Shown: positions 49,804-60,875, counted from the first letter of the stretch. The stretch: DNA of 64,000 nt from an uncultured Chthonomonadaceae bacterium (GCA_963835065.1 CAWIEK010000053.1:224001-288000), one strand, 5' to 3'. The notes: generated from the letters alone by a model not told the origin. Program-made: numbers and translations.

Positions 49804-51747
49804 ATGTCCCGACTTTACCCTGCATCGTTCGCTCCGCTTCAGCCTGATACGTTTACACCCCTTCCGCTTGGCAGCGTTTTGCCGCGCGGTTGGCTGCTGC
49901 GCCAGTGCCAAATACAAGCCGACGGCCTGACCGGGCATCTGGAAGAGTTCTGGCCGGATTTGGGACCGGACAATATGTGGCTTGGCGGCAGCCGGGAAGG
50001 ATGGGAGCGCGCGCCCTACTATCTCGACGGCCTGGTTCCCCTCGCCCATTTGCTACAGGACGCGCGGCTCAAAGGCATGGCGCAACGTTGGCTGGACAGC
50101 ATTTTGTCCATGCAGGACGAAACCGGCTGGATCGGTCCCGTTCGTTCACAGGCGTCGGCGCGGACGTATGACCAGTGGCCGATTTTCATTGTATTCAAGG
50201 TTCTGACGCAGCATCACGAGGCGACGGGAGACGAGCGCGTTATACCTCTGATGCTCAATTTTACGCGCTATCTGCGCGACACGCTGGACGAGCGCCCCCT
50301 GTTTTCGTGGGGACAAATGCGCTGGGCCGATTTAGTATTGTCGCTGCACTGGCTGTATGACCGCGTAAACAGCAAAGTGGATAAAGCAAATGGCGAAAAT
50401 AGTGGCGAAGACAACGGCTGGATTTTGGAAGTGGCGCAAAAAGTGCAGGCGCAGGGCTACGACTGGCGCGGCCACTTTGCGGATTTTCAATTTACGGAAA
50501 AGAACCCGCAAGGCGACATCAGCCTGAAAACGCACGTCGTCAACAACGCGATGGCCGTGAAGTGCGGCGGAATCGCGTGGAAGCAAAGCGGGCAGGAAAC
50601 AGACAGAGCAAGCGTGTACCGAACACTGGAAATGCTCGACACGTATCACGGGCAGGCAACGGGCATGTTCGGCGGGGATGAGCATTACGCGGGCAAAAAT
50701 CCCTCACAGGGAACGGAGTTATGCGCGGTTGTGGAAATGATGTACTCGCTGGAGCTGCTGCTGGCGACGCTGGGCGACCCGGCTTTTGGCGACCGATTGG
50801 AAAAGATCGCTTACAACGCCCTGCCCGCCACCTGCACACCCGACTTTTGGGCGCACCAGTACGACCAGCAGGTGAATCAGGTGTCCTGCACGATTGACAA
50901 ACGGCAGTGGACTTCCAACAACGACGACAGCAACGTCTACGGCCTGGAACCCAATTTCGGCTGCTGCACGGCCAACATGCACCAGGGCTGGCCGAAGTTC
51001 GTTTCTCATTTATGGATGGCAACGCCCGATGATGGCCTTGCGGCAGTGGCGTATGGCCCGTGCGCGGTAAAAGCGCAGGTGGGCAACGGCGCAACAGTCA
51101 CGATTGAAACCCAAACCGAGTACCCATTCCGCGATACCATTGTCTTCACCATTCGATGTTCGGAGCAGGCAACGTTTCCCCTTAAATTGCGTATTCCGGC
51201 GTGGACGGAACGCGCTATCATTCAAATCGGGCATGGCGAAATCGAAAAACATCTCCGACCGGGAACATGGCACACGCTGGCCCGAACATGGCAGGACGGC
51301 GATACGGTCACGCTGACCCTGCCACAGCACGTCCGTTTGGAACGCCGCTATAACAATGCTGTTTCTGTTCTGCGCGGCCCGCTTGTGTATGGCCTGCGCA
51401 TGGGCGAACGGTTCGAGCAGATACGCGGCGAAGCGCCCCATTGCGATTACGCCGTCCATGCCACCACGCCGTGGAACTACGGCCTTGTCATAGACGAACA
51501 CACGCACAGCAGCGGCTTGGCCGTCCGCGAACAGCCGCTCGGCGACATCCCCTTTGCGCCCCAATCCGCGCCCGTGATCGTCACCGCCCCGGCCAAGCAG
51601 ATTCCGCACTGGCAGATGGAGCAGAATTCGGCAGGCACATTGCCGCAAAGCCCGGTGCAGACCGATACGCCCCTCGAAGCCGTCGAACTCATCCCCTACG
51701 GCTGCACCAATCTCCGCATCGGCGAGTTCCCAACAGTTGAAGCCTAA
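49804..51747 (+). CDS. GH127 beta-L-arabinofuranosidase-like glycoside hydrolase
   Basis: HVVN, TELCAVVE, LEKIAYN, GCCTAN, LRIPAW, RGPLVY. Confidence 0.9.
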   Translation: MSRLYPASFAPLQPDTFTPLPLGSVLPRGWLLRQCQIQADGLTGHLEEFWPDLGPDNMWLGGSREGWERAPYYLDGLVPLAHLLQDARLKGMAQRWLDSILSMQDETGWIGPVRSQASARTYDQWPIFIVFKVLTQHHEATGDERVIPLMLNFTRYLRDTLDERPLFSWGQMRWADLVLSLHWLYDRVNSKVDKANGENSGEDNGWILEVAQKVQAQGYDWRGHFADFQFTEKNPQGDISLKTHVVNNAMAVKCGGIAWKQSGQETDRASVYRTLEMLDTYHGQATGMFGGDEHYAGKNPSQGTELCAVVEMMYSLELLLATLGDPAFGDRLEKIAYNALPATCTPDFWAHQYDQQVNQVSCTIDKRQWTSNNDDSNVYGLEPNFGCCTANMHQGWPKFVSHLWMATPDDGLAAVAYGPCAVKAQVGNGATVTIETQTEYPFRDTIVFTIRCSEQATFPLKLRIPAWTERAIIQIGHGEIEKHLRPGTWHTLARTWQDGDTVTLTLPQHVRLERRYNNAVSVLRGPLVYGLRMGERFEQIRGEAPHCDYAVHATTPWNYGLVIDEHTHSSGLAVREQPLGDIPFAPQSAPVIVTAPAKQIPHWQMEQNSAGTLPQSPVQTDTPLEAVELIPYGCTNLRIGEFPTVEA

Positions 51748-51831
51748 AGGCCCGTAAACGTATAAGTTCCCGGTTTTGCAGGTCAACCTCACACAGACAA
51801 CGGGAAGTAATAGATTTACCGGCAGTGCTTG

Positions 51832-52752
51832 TTATGCCCAACTCAGGTCACGGCTAATCAGCACCTCGGTCATGGCGGCATGATGGGTGTTCTTCATAGG
51901 AATCGCCAGAGTTTCAAAACCATGCTTTGCCGCCAGTTCGCACACGCCCGGCGCGTTGTCGTAGGTCATCAGGAACGCGCCCCGTAGCGTTGCGGCAACG
52001 CGAAACAGTTCCTCGTGATCCAGTTCGCTGTGCGCGTACAAACGGGAACCCGCTTTTTTGCCATCCGCCGTGTAAGGCGGGTCAATGAAGAACACAGCAT
52101 CAGGACATAAGGCGTTCTCCTTGAGAACTTGCAGGCCGTCACCCTGCACAAAGCAAATGCGCTCGGCAACCAGAGCGATGTTGTCAATGCGCGTTTTCAG
52201 CGTCTGCGGATACCAACGCGAGGCCAATCCCTTGCCGTTCTCGCCACGCTTGAGCCTTCCGCTTCCCGGCGCTAAGATGCCGCCGTGATTGATACGGTTG
52301 CGCAACAGGGTTTGAAAGGCTCTTTCGCGTACATCCGAACAGGGACGGTCAAGTTCCGCCTGTACGTTCTCTGCGGTCAAGTCAAACCCCACAATTTTCT
52401 TCGCCAGCCATGCCGCATTGCCGCCAAGAATGGCTTGCCACACGGCGGCAACATCCGCGTCAAGTTCTACCATCGTTACCATGTTTGCCAGTTGCTCAAA
52501 CGCGACGGTCAGGCTGATAATGCCGCCCCCGGCAAACGGCTCGATGAAATGCTGCGGCTTGTTATTGAGACTGCCAAGCCATTGCCGCAGGCGCGGCACG
52601 AACCACGTTTTGCCGCCGGGATAGCGAAACGGACTGCGCTGCGGAACCGAAGCGACATTGACAATGGCTTCGCTTTTCGCCTCCTCGAACAGTTCGTATT
52701 GGTAAGCAGGCTCACGAACCTGTGTCAAGGGTATTGAGCGCGTTGCCGCCAT
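51832..52752 (-). CDS. DNA adenine methyltransferase (Dam/D12 class)
   Basis: FRYPGGK, EPFAGG, DPPY. Confidence 0.93.
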   Translation of the reverse strand: MAATRSIPLTQVREPAYQYELFEEAKSEAIVNVASVPQRSPFRYPGGKTWFVPRLRQWLGSLNNKPQHFIEPFAGGGIISLTVAFEQLANMVTMVELDADVAAVWQAILGGNAAWLAKKIVGFDLTAENVQAELDRPCSDVRERAFQTLLRNRINHGGILAPGSGRLKRGENGKGLASRWYPQTLKTRIDNIALVAERICFVQGDGLQVLKENALCPDAVFFIDPPYTADGKKAGSRLYAHSELDHEELFRVAATLRGAFLMTYDNAPGVCELAAKHGFETLAIPMKNTHHAAMTEVLISRDLSWA

Positions 52753-53587
52753 TGTTCAGTCTCCTGTTGAGTTGCGTCTGCAATTGACCCACAAACACGC
52801 CTTCATCCCCCGCCTCCGAGCGGGTAATTTTCAACAGCGCGGCTTCAAATTGCGTGTAGATGATTTTGTGACGAACAAGGTTGTAGCGGTTGTTTGTGGC
52901 GTCGTGCTGCATATCATAGATCAGCCAGGCCATATCCGCATCGGCTTTGTCCACTTCTTCCAATTTGGGCAGAGTGTTGTAAAAGCCGCGATGCAGAGCA
53001 ACCGCCATTTTGCGCTGCCAGGTGTTGAGAATGCCGCCTTTGAAAATCAATTGCGGAGCCAACCGCTTGCGGGAGGACGAAAGATAATCTGGGCGCGGAT
53101 AGTTACGCTGCCGCCGCCAATCCATATCAAACCGTGTCGGCGGGTCTTCCATGTAGTTTTCAAACGGCGTTCGCACATTGCCCGAAATGTAAACCGCCTG
53201 CACTTCCAGCGCACCGTAATCAAGGACGCGGCCCACTTTGTCATAGGAAATCAGCACCACGTCAATGTTACCGGCAGACTTGCCCGCGCGGTCGTTAAGC
53301 TGTACTTCCGTCAGCGCTGTCCAGGCCGCTTCGGGCGGAAAGAAAAACTCGGCGGCATCGGTGGCAATACGCCAATCCTGCCGGAAGCGCACCGGGCAGG
53401 TAATCGCCACTTCGCCGCCTGTGCCAAAAACGCTGCACACGCCAAGCGGATTTTCCACGCTGCTCTTCGTGCAGTTGGGTGAGGTGTTGTTGAAAGGGCA
53501 CAGCCGATTGTTGCGAACGCGGTCAGCGTCTGAGGACAGATTATCTGCCGGAAAGCCAAACACTTCGGCTAAAGGATGGTTGGGCAT
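52712..53587 (-). CDS. NotI-family restriction endonuclease
   Basis: CPF..C.K..GVC..CPVRF Cys cluster, GNID, EVQAVYISG, KRLAPQL..KG. Confidence 0.85.
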   Translation of the reverse strand: MPNHPLAEVFGFPADNLSSDADRVRNNRLCPFNNTSPNCTKSSVENPLGVCSVFGTGGEVAITCPVRFRQDWRIATDAAEFFFPPEAAWTALTEVQLNDRAGKSAGNIDVVLISYDKVGRVLDYGALEVQAVYISGNVRTPFENYMEDPPTRFDMDWRRQRNYPRPDYLSSSRKRLAPQLIFKGGILNTWQRKMAVALHRGFYNTLPKLEEVDKADADMAWLIYDMQHDATNNRYNLVRHKIIYTQFEAALLKITRSEAGDEGVFVGQLQTQLNRRLNNGGNALNTLDTGS

Positions 53588-53787
53588 GATGCCTGTCTAT
53601 TCGCGAAGATAGAAGCACATTCCTCTTCATTTCTTCATAGTTTGTTCGCTTGCAGTGAGTTGATTTTATCTACCTTTGGGAACTGTCAATACACTTTTCC
53701 ACGTCCTAACCCTGAACTGTCTGTCACTTCAGTTTTTCGGATTGTCAACATTGTTTTTATTTGGCAGGATTGCGGGAGGAGCCTTCC

Positions 53788-54471
53788 ATGCGTATTGAAC
53801 TTGGCGATCATGTCCATTCTCAGGATGGGCAGGACGTGGGCAAAATCAAGCATCTTATTCTGGACCCGGCGACGGGAAGGGTGAAAACGCTCGTCGTGGA
53901 AAAGGGTATGCTGCTCCCTGATGATGTGGAAATCCCGCTTTCAGCTGTGCAGGAGAATGGAAACGGGCCGGTGTTCGTCGCTTACACGGCGGAACAGGTA
54001 CACAATCTGCCCCATTTCGACGAGCAGCAATACGCGCCCGCGCCGCCTGCCATGCAGGAAACCTTTCCCAATATCCCGATGGGCGGCTTGCTGTGGCCGG
54101 GCGCAACAATGGGACAGGCGTTCGCGCCGAGCGGGTTTCCATTCGGGGCAGGCATGGCGTTGCCCGTTGTGGGTGTGGAGGAGGGAATACGGGGCGAACA
54201 GCCCCCGCAAGTGGAGGAGTACCTGCATCAGCAGGACGTGGAGAACGTCGTGATTTCCGAGGGCGACGATGTGTACAGCCGCGATGGAGAGAAAGTCGGC
54301 GAAATCCACAGCGTAACCCTGGATACCACTTCCGGCAAGCCGACGGCCATTGTGGTGCGTCAAGGCCACTTCTTTGGCGCGGACACCACGTTTTTGGCCG
54401 ACTCCATTGCCTCGGTAGATGATGGCATTGTCACCCTGAACATGGACAAGAAAGCGTTGTCACCGGAATAG
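53788..54471 (+). CDS. Tandem PRC-barrel protein
   Basis: Two GDxVxSxDGxxVGxI repeats. Confidence 0.88.
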   Translation: MRIELGDHVHSQDGQDVGKIKHLILDPATGRVKTLVVEKGMLLPDDVEIPLSAVQENGNGPVFVAYTAEQVHNLPHFDEQQYAPAPPAMQETFPNIPMGGLLWPGATMGQAFAPSGFPFGAGMALPVVGVEEGIRGEQPPQVEEYLHQQDVENVVISEGDDVYSRDGEKVGEIHSVTLDTTSGKPTAIVVRQGHFFGADTTFLADSIASVDDGIVTLNMDKKALSPE

Positions 54472-54626
54472 AAGATTGACTGCTGTTACCGGCTACAATT
54501 GGGCCGGTAATGGCACGGCCCATGTCGCCATGATTGGGTACAGTACCGGCAAGGCTTCCAGCAGTTCACGTACAGACTGATACCCGGCTAACGACTGTGC
54601 CGATGTGAAATAGTCTCCAGGCAATT

Positions 54627-55127
54627 TCAATTCAGCAATAGCATTGCAGGAATATTCTCCTGCCGCTGCAAAAAGCTGATCGGGTTTTCCGCAGAGGTTT
54701 CATTGTCAGCAACAGAAGGCGAACTTTCATACTGCTCCATCATTTCGGAAGCGTAATTTATCGGATTTTCGAGCATAATGGCGTACGCATTGCGTACTTG
54801 CATCAATAGATCAGCGCTCGACCAGTGTTCACCCGGCAGACAGGCAGAAGTCGGATTCTCAAACTCTTCCGGTCGCAGAAAGTACAAATCGAGTCTACCA
54901 CGCAACGGCAGAGCTGACGTACTGGTAAAACGCACATGGCGCGGCCCCTCCCAATCCTGCACAACCTCTAACAAATTGATGTTATACGGTCCGCCTGTAG
55001 ACACTAACGAGCCGAAAACAAGCAAGGCCCGAAGTTTGTCCCGGTGAATCTCAGGATGCTTCCGTAAGAGTTCGGTAATTACTCCCCACTCGGTATAAGG
55101 TATGTTTTCCGCAGAATATAACGGCAC
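54627..55127 (-). CDS. Hypothetical protein, degenerate minimal nucleotidyltransferase-like
   Basis: LLVFGS followed by NINLL in place of DxDL. Confidence 0.5.
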   Translation of the reverse strand: MPLYSAENIPYTEWGVITELLRKHPEIHRDKLRALLVFGSLVSTGGPYNINLLEVVQDWEGPRHVRFTSTSALPLRGRLDLYFLRPEEFENPTSACLPGEHWSSADLLMQVRNAYAIMLENPINYASEMMEQYESSPSVADNETSAENPISFLQRQENIPAMLLLN

Positions 55128-55175
55128 GGTATGTTTCTCCTTCCCTACCCACCTTGCTGCAAACAGAATATGGCA

Positions 55176-55907
55176 CTAAACTTCTGCTGTGGACGCAAGA
55201 GGGCGCGAGGCGCGGGCAACATCGGCGTCATCAGCAAAAGGACAATCAATCCATCCCAGGCAGAGCGTTATGTCTTGAACACAAGGCGCGATAGATAAAC
55301 CGTTTTTTGTGACGGTTGCGCCGAGATATTGGGCGAAATTCCGAAAATCCTCGAAGTCTTGCGTATTGCTTTGAAATGATTGTACCAGCATGACGGCTTG
55401 CCCTGCTCCACAACGCCGCGCTTCCAGAACCGCTGAGGCCGTACGGTGAAAAAGTTGATACCGTAATTGCGCAATGCCCGGTTGGGACGCAGACACGTTT
55501 AACGTTTGACAAAGACCTGATAAGCGGGTTTGCCGGTTCGTGGTTGTGCCAAGCCATTCTCCAATGAATTTGCCGAATGGCTCCCCGGCTTTGGCTTCTA
55601 CAGCCAACGAGATTAATCCGGTGGCACTGCGTAAAAGCGCCCACAAATCGCTTTGGGAAGGTCTGCCTGTTCCCTCTAACTCTACGGTATGTTCGGGAAT
55701 CGCAAATAAGACCGCAGCGTCACGTAACGGCTTGCATTGATCCAGAACTTCAGCAACTTGTATCGGCAACCCACGCGGTAAGGAGGCCGCGTTCTCCCAG
55801 GCAACAGCCAATTCATACGCGGAGTGTTTGCGCTTCCAATGGATGGGAGAAGCCAATCGCTCTTGCCAATTCTCCAATCCCTGCGCGTTGACATAAATGC
55901 GCCGCAT
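55176..55907 (-). CDS. PD-(D/E)xK-like protein (DUF6946-like)
   Basis: SAYELA, PEH, SQSDL, VEAK, RYQLFHR. Confidence 0.7.
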   Translation of the reverse strand: MRRIYVNAQGLENWQERLASPIHWKRKHSAYELAVAWENAASLPRGLPIQVAEVLDQCKPLRDAAVLFAIPEHTVELEGTGRPSQSDLWALLRSATGLISLAVEAKAGEPFGKFIGEWLGTTTNRQTRLSGLCQTLNVSASQPGIAQLRYQLFHRTASAVLEARRCGAGQAVMLVQSFQSNTQDFEDFRNFAQYLGATVTKNGLSIAPCVQDITLCLGWIDCPFADDADVARASRPLASTAEV

Positions 55908-56019
55908 CTGTTTTCTACTTTCTCCTACACATGCTTTTCAGGTAGGGAAATGCGCGTTAATCTCATGCCGAAAAAGGCAAGTAGTAGATTTACGCCTCCT
56001 AAGCACCCAATACTCAAAT

Positions 56020-57255
56020 TCATCGGCCTTCATTCAGGAACAGGTACAGGCCGCTTTTGCCTGGCGCGATTATATCCAGCCGTCCCGTATGCCGCAGGTC
56101 AACGGCAGTCAATTGCAGGCCGGTTCCCACTTGCGACCCTTCGTCAATGACGACTTTTTGCCACGCCTTGCCCTTGCGGTCATACTTGTAGTAGTACAGG
56201 CCAAGCGGGTCGCCCGCGCCCGGATCATGGTCATGCGCTTTGTAACGCTTGCCGGTGAGAATGACGGGCTGTTTTGTGCCTTCCAGGTCGGCTAAAATCA
56301 GCGTATGCGCCTGTGACCAACTCGTATCAATCGCCTGTTGCGCCCACTTCATGCCCGCGCCTGCCGACGAGCTTTCGGGCGTCTGCTGAAGCCAGTACAG
56401 GCCGTAATGATGCCCGCTGCCGAACACAATGGAGCGTTTGCCGCTCCCATCCACGTCCAGTGTCGGGGTTCCAATTCCCAGATCGCCCGGATTGCACTCC
56501 CAATCCTTGTGCCACGTCCATTTGTCATTGCGGGCGTCCACGTTCTCGTACCAGCCATGCGGCGTAATCAAATCGCATTTGCCGTCGCCGTTCACGTCGC
56601 CAAAGCCGATGCCGTGTCCCGCGCCCTCCTTGCCGACAACGTGTTCCACCCACTGTGGTTTGTCACCCTTAGCCGCGCCCTTGCGCAGTTCGTACCAGAC
56701 GACCTGCCCTCCGCAGTTGGGCAAAATGCAGACGGTTTTCTTGTCCAGCAGGGGCGCAAAAACCGTCGTTTCCGCGCTGCCGGGTTTGGCAATCAGATGC
56801 TTTTCCCACATCGCGCCGTTCAGTTTCGCTTTGCCGGGGTTCTCGCTCCAGAAAATCTCTCCCGTCGCGTAATCGGACGAAACAATATCTATATTGCCGT
56901 CGCCGTTGCAGTCTACGGGCAGGTCGGCAAAGTCCGCGCGATAGCCGCTGTTGTTGGCGTCCCGGCCCCATACGCCGATCTCACGGAACTTATGTGGCGT
57001 CCAATTCGGCGCTTCGTACCACGTATCGCCGCTCACAATATCGAGTTTGCCGTCGCCGTTCATATCCGCCGCGCTTGCCGCCTCAAAATCCGAATTGGCG
57101 TTAATTACCACCTTGCGCCACTTCACCCGCGACGGCGCAGCCGCAGGAACCACATTCCCCGGCTTGTCCACATCCTGCGCCCCCATCGGCAGCGCCCCTA
57201 TTCCCACGCCAACGGCAAGTACGCCCGCCGCCACTGCTGCATTGATTCTCTTCAC
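56020..57255 (-). CDS. FG-GAP/VCBS repeat secreted protein
   Basis: GTG start with AGGAG RBS; DMNGDG, DCNGDG, DVNGDG repeats. Confidence 0.88.
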   Translation of the reverse strand: MKRINAAVAAGVLAVGVGIGALPMGAQDVDKPGNVVPAAAPSRVKWRKVVINANSDFEAASAADMNGDGKLDIVSGDTWYEAPNWTPHKFREIGVWGRDANNSGYRADFADLPVDCNGDGNIDIVSSDYATGEIFWSENPGKAKLNGAMWEKHLIAKPGSAETTVFAPLLDKKTVCILPNCGGQVVWYELRKGAAKGDKPQWVEHVVGKEGAGHGIGFGDVNGDGKCDLITPHGWYENVDARNDKWTWHKDWECNPGDLGIGTPTLDVDGSGKRSIVFGSGHHYGLYWLQQTPESSSAGAGMKWAQQAIDTSWSQAHTLILADLEGTKQPVILTGKRYKAHDHDPGAGDPLGLYYYKYDRKGKAWQKVVIDEGSQVGTGLQLTAVDLRHTGRLDIIAPGKSGLYLFLNEGR

Positions 57256-57274
57256 GCGCCAGTCTCCTTGTATA

Positions 57275-57498
57275 AACCGCGAAACACGCCAAACAAACGA
57301 AAAAAGAACAAAAACAAAAATACAAACCACGGAGAACACGGAGAACACGGAGGAACGCGGATAGGAATATCAGGAGGCTGTTTTGATGAACAGAGCTTTT
57401 TCCATCTTTGTTCGTAATCCTGTTTAATCCTTCTAATCCTCTTAATCCTGTCTATTTTCTTTCGTATTCTTTTCGTTTGGTTCGCGTGTTTCGCGGTT
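57275..57498. repeat. 29-bp inverted repeat enclosing two other 9-mer arrays
   Basis: 57275-57303 versus 57470-57498 (27/29); internal (CACGGAGAA)3 and (TAATCCTnn)4. Confidence 0.85.
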
Positions 57499-57503
57499 CT
57501 TAC

Positions 57504-59018
57504 TTATGCAAGTATCGGATGGATCACTTCGCCGCTTACATCGGTCAGGCGCATGTTGCGGCCACTGTACTGGTACGTGAGGCGGGTATGGTCCAGGCCA
57601 AGCAGATGCAGAATGGTGGCGTTGAGGTCATATACTGTCTGCACGTTTTCAGACGCGACGTAGCCGATTTCATCCGACGCGCCGTAAATGGTTCCGCCCT
57701 TGACGCCGCCGCCCGCCAGCCAGCACGAGAACGCTTTCGGGTTGTGGTCGCGGCCCACGCTGCCTTCGGTAAACGGCATACGTCCAAACTCGGTATGGAA
57801 CACGAGCAGGGTGTCCTCGAACAAGCCGCGCTGTTTCAGATCGCGGATCAGGCCGGCAATCGGGAGGTCAATTTCGCCCGCCCGCATCGTGTGGTTGGGA
57901 ACCATCGCGTTGTGCGCGTCCCAACTCTGGTCGAATACGCCGCCGCCGGAGTAAATCTGCACAAAGCGAACGCCGCGCTCCACCAGCCGACGCGCCAGCA
58001 AACACTGCCGCCCGACGATTTCGGTTTGCGGCTTGTCCAGACCGTACAGCGTTTTCGTGGCCTCGGACTCGCGGCTCAAATCAACCGCTTCCGTCGCTTC
58101 CGACTGCATCCGGTACGCCAGTTCATACGCCCGTATCCGCGCCGCCAACTCCTGCTCGCCCGGACGCCCGCGCAGAAACTCCTCATTGAGTTTGCCGATG
58201 AAGTCCAGATGTTCGCGCTGCTTTTCGGGCGTGACGCCGGCGGGCGGCTTCAGGTTGAGGACCGGCAAGCCCTGACTGCGAAACTGTACGCCCTGATAGT
58301 TGGATGGCAGAAAGCCCGCGCTCCAGTTGCCCGCGCCGCCGCCGACAAGGGCGCGCGGATCGGTCATCACGACAAACGCGGGCAGGTTCTGGTTTTCGGT
58401 TCCCAATCCATAGGTGATCCAGTTGCCCAACCCCGGCCTGCCGCTCAAAATGCTGCCGGTCAGCATGTGGTACACGGCGGGAACGTGGTTGTTGCTGTCG
58501 GACTTCATGGAGCGGATGAGGGCAATATCATCGGCGCAGCTTCCGATATGCGGCAATAAGTCGGACACGGGCATCCCGCACTGACCGTATGGCTTGAACT
58601 GCCAGGGACTTTTCATCAATTTGCCCGGCGCGCTCCGCCCGCCCGTGTCAAAGCCGGGCCGCCCCGCAACCGAAGCGCCATCTTGTTTGATAAGCTCGCT
58701 TTTCGGGTCAAACGTGTCAACGTGGCTGATGCCGCCGAACATAAACAGCGAAATCACGCGCTTCACTTTGGGCGCGAAGTGCGGCGGTTTTGGGAAGAGC
58801 GGGTCTTGGGTGTTGGGATTGCCGATTGCCGATTGCCGATTGTGGATTGTGGATTGTTCCCTGACCCCTGACCCATGACCCCTGGCCCCTTCTCCTAAAG
58901 CGCCTTCTTCACCAAGCAGAAAGGCCAATGCCAGCCCGCCAATGCCGCCGCCTGCCCGCGCCAGGAAGTCTCGCCGCGCAATGTTCTCCGGCCCGCTATG
59001 ATCGTCGTGTGGTTCCAT
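57504..59018 (-). CDS. DUF1501 family protein (Tat signal)
   Basis: RRDFL, GGISHVDTFDPK, LLARRLVERGVRFV, WDAH, EFGRMP, GRDH. Confidence 0.93.
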   Translation of the reverse strand: MEPHDDHSGPENIARRDFLARAGGGIGGLALAFLLGEEGALGEGARGHGSGVREQSTIHNRQSAIGNPNTQDPLFPKPPHFAPKVKRVISLFMFGGISHVDTFDPKSELIKQDGASVAGRPGFDTGGRSAPGKLMKSPWQFKPYGQCGMPVSDLLPHIGSCADDIALIRSMKSDSNNHVPAVYHMLTGSILSGRPGLGNWITYGLGTENQNLPAFVVMTDPRALVGGGAGNWSAGFLPSNYQGVQFRSQGLPVLNLKPPAGVTPEKQREHLDFIGKLNEEFLRGRPGEQELAARIRAYELAYRMQSEATEAVDLSRESEATKTLYGLDKPQTEIVGRQCLLARRLVERGVRFVQIYSGGGVFDQSWDAHNAMVPNHTMRAGEIDLPIAGLIRDLKQRGLFEDTLLVFHTEFGRMPFTEGSVGRDHNPKAFSCWLAGGGVKGGTIYGASDEIGYVASENVQTVYDLNATILHLLGLDHTRLTYQYSGRNMRLTDVSGEVIHPILA

Positions 59019-59031
59019 ATCAGTTTTCCTA

Positions 59032-59355
59032 CTACCTTCGCATGTCTTGACCCGTTAATGATGTTTCTGCCTGATTCCATACCGACCAAACTTCGGCGGC
59101 AAGTGGCAAAACCGATTCTACAAAGCGCAGTCCTTCTTCAGACAACAAGCGATAACCCTCCGCAGCCAATTCGTCCTGACAGAGACGGGCATCTTCGACA
59201 ACAAGGTCCGCCAGGTAGCGGTTCACTAATTTGTCTTCTTCCGTTGTGCGCTGCCACAAAACATTTATGACAGCACTTTCAAAATACAGGTTCAGCTTTA
59301 TCAAAGACAGGGACATACCTTCTACTTTAGTATGTGCTACGAACCGGTATAGCAC
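59032..59355 (-). CDS. Small ORF, possible antitoxin remnant
   Basis: LAAEGY..E..RF.E..LP pattern; start uncertain. Confidence 0.3.
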   Translation of the reverse strand: MLYRFVAHTKVEGMSLSLIKLNLYFESAVINVLWQRTTEEDKLVNRYLADLVVEDARLCQDELAAEGYRLLSEEGLRFVESVLPLAAEVWSVWNQAETSLTGQDMRR

Positions 59356-59379
59356 AATCTTCTTTACTTGATTGGAAGA

Positions 59380-60406
59380 AATTACTTCCTCTTACAACGC
59401 CGAAGCAGTTCCAGCCAAGCCAGAACATCTTTTGCGCCGTTGCGAACAGCCTCATTCGGTTCCCGCAAAACTTTATGGCACAATTGTTCTATGGAAGGTA
59501 CATCAAAGGTCCGAATACAGAGAAACCATTTCGGGCGCGTTGTGCAGCAGTTCCAGCACTTCTATTTTTTCTGGAACTGTGAGCTGTCTTGTTGCCAAAA
59601 CTTTGCGTGGCAATTCTCTCCAAGCATCCGTATGTTCAGAGGTTTCTACATCCTTATCCCTCCAGCCAAGGCGACATAGACAATTATGCGCGGTATCATG
59701 GATGTAGTAGTCTTTGCTTTGCAATGCCATTGCCAGCAGCTTGACTGACAAGAACTTGCTGTCTGCATTAAGGGGAAATGCCTGCAACGCGCGAAGTATG
59801 CTCAGGCGAACAGTTTGGGATGCTTGCGGGTATAAAGATGTAAGCAGTTCTATGGCCGATTTGGTTGCAATTCGCGTAAGTGCGTACACCGCAGCAAACT
59901 GGCTATCTTCACCACTGTTGTACAAAATCTCCCGTAAAATTGGAATTGCTTCATCGCCTGCAAGGTACATTGTGCGGATACTTCGGAACAACGGCTTGGC
60001 TATGGTCCTGTAATGCCAACTGCAAGAGCGGCAGAATCGATAAACTTCCAATTCGCCCTAATGATCGAACCGCCTCAACGCGCACACCTTCTACCTCATC
60101 CTGCAATGCAATGGAGAGGCCGTTAATAGCCGCCGGATTTCCAATATGCCCCAACGCTATTACGGCAGCAAGCCGAGTGACAATTTGATAATCTTGAAGT
60201 TTACCAATCAGCAAAGGTATGGCTTCTAAGCTGCCCTGATGCCCCAATGCTTTGATCGCGCTCTGACGCACCCTCTCGTCCCAATGGTTCAGCAAGCCAA
60301 TCAACGGTTCAATGGCGCGAGTGTCGAAAATATCCTGATAAACCTCTAATGCTGCAAGGCGCGTTTCCATTTCAGGGCTATTCAAGGCTTCCAGTGGGTC
60401 ATCCAT
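59380..60406 (-). pseudogene. HEAT-repeat protein split by at least 2 frameshifts
   Basis: VRQSAIKALG, TRLAAVIALG, VRVEAVRSLG; continues in other frames to EAVRNGAKDVL..LELLR. Confidence 0.7.
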
Positions 60407-60443
60407 GATACATCCGCCGTTCACGCGAACAGACAGTCACACA

Positions 60444-60874
60444 TTATCCGTAAGTTGCTTGCACGGCCTGCGGCTGTTCATTCCATTGGAAGACATAACC
60501 ACGCCGAAATTCTAAGCCATGAATTCTTCGTTCGTGAATTCATGGTAGCGCGGGTTTATTTGCTGCTGTGCCCGCATATATACGAGAAATTCCTTAACGA
60601 AGGGTTCATCAGGGCGTAAAACGACAACACGCGATATAGTAAGCAACTCTTCTTTTGTGAGAGACTTCTTCAACTTGTCGAACACCAAGTCCAATGTTGG
60701 TTTTGTGTTTTCCCCTACCCAGGGTGCCGAGACGATAATATCCCATGGTCCTACGGAGTTTTCTCTCTCCAGAAGAGCAAATAAGGTAAACTCTCCCCGC
60801 ATACGGGCGAGTTCCTGTTGAATCTCCGGCAAAACTTGAAGCAAGCGAGCTTTTTTTGATTGATAATCCATCAT
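60444..60874 (-). CDS. HEPN-partner hypothetical protein, frameshift near 60520
   Basis: LFALLERE..WDIIVSAPW; the alternate frame continues GLEFRRGYVF to TAA at 60444. Confidence 0.6.
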
Positions 60875-60875
60875 T

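Noticed and set aside
57305..57452. CRISPR array
   Set aside because: Units are contiguous 9-mers without unique spacers, and no cas genes are present.
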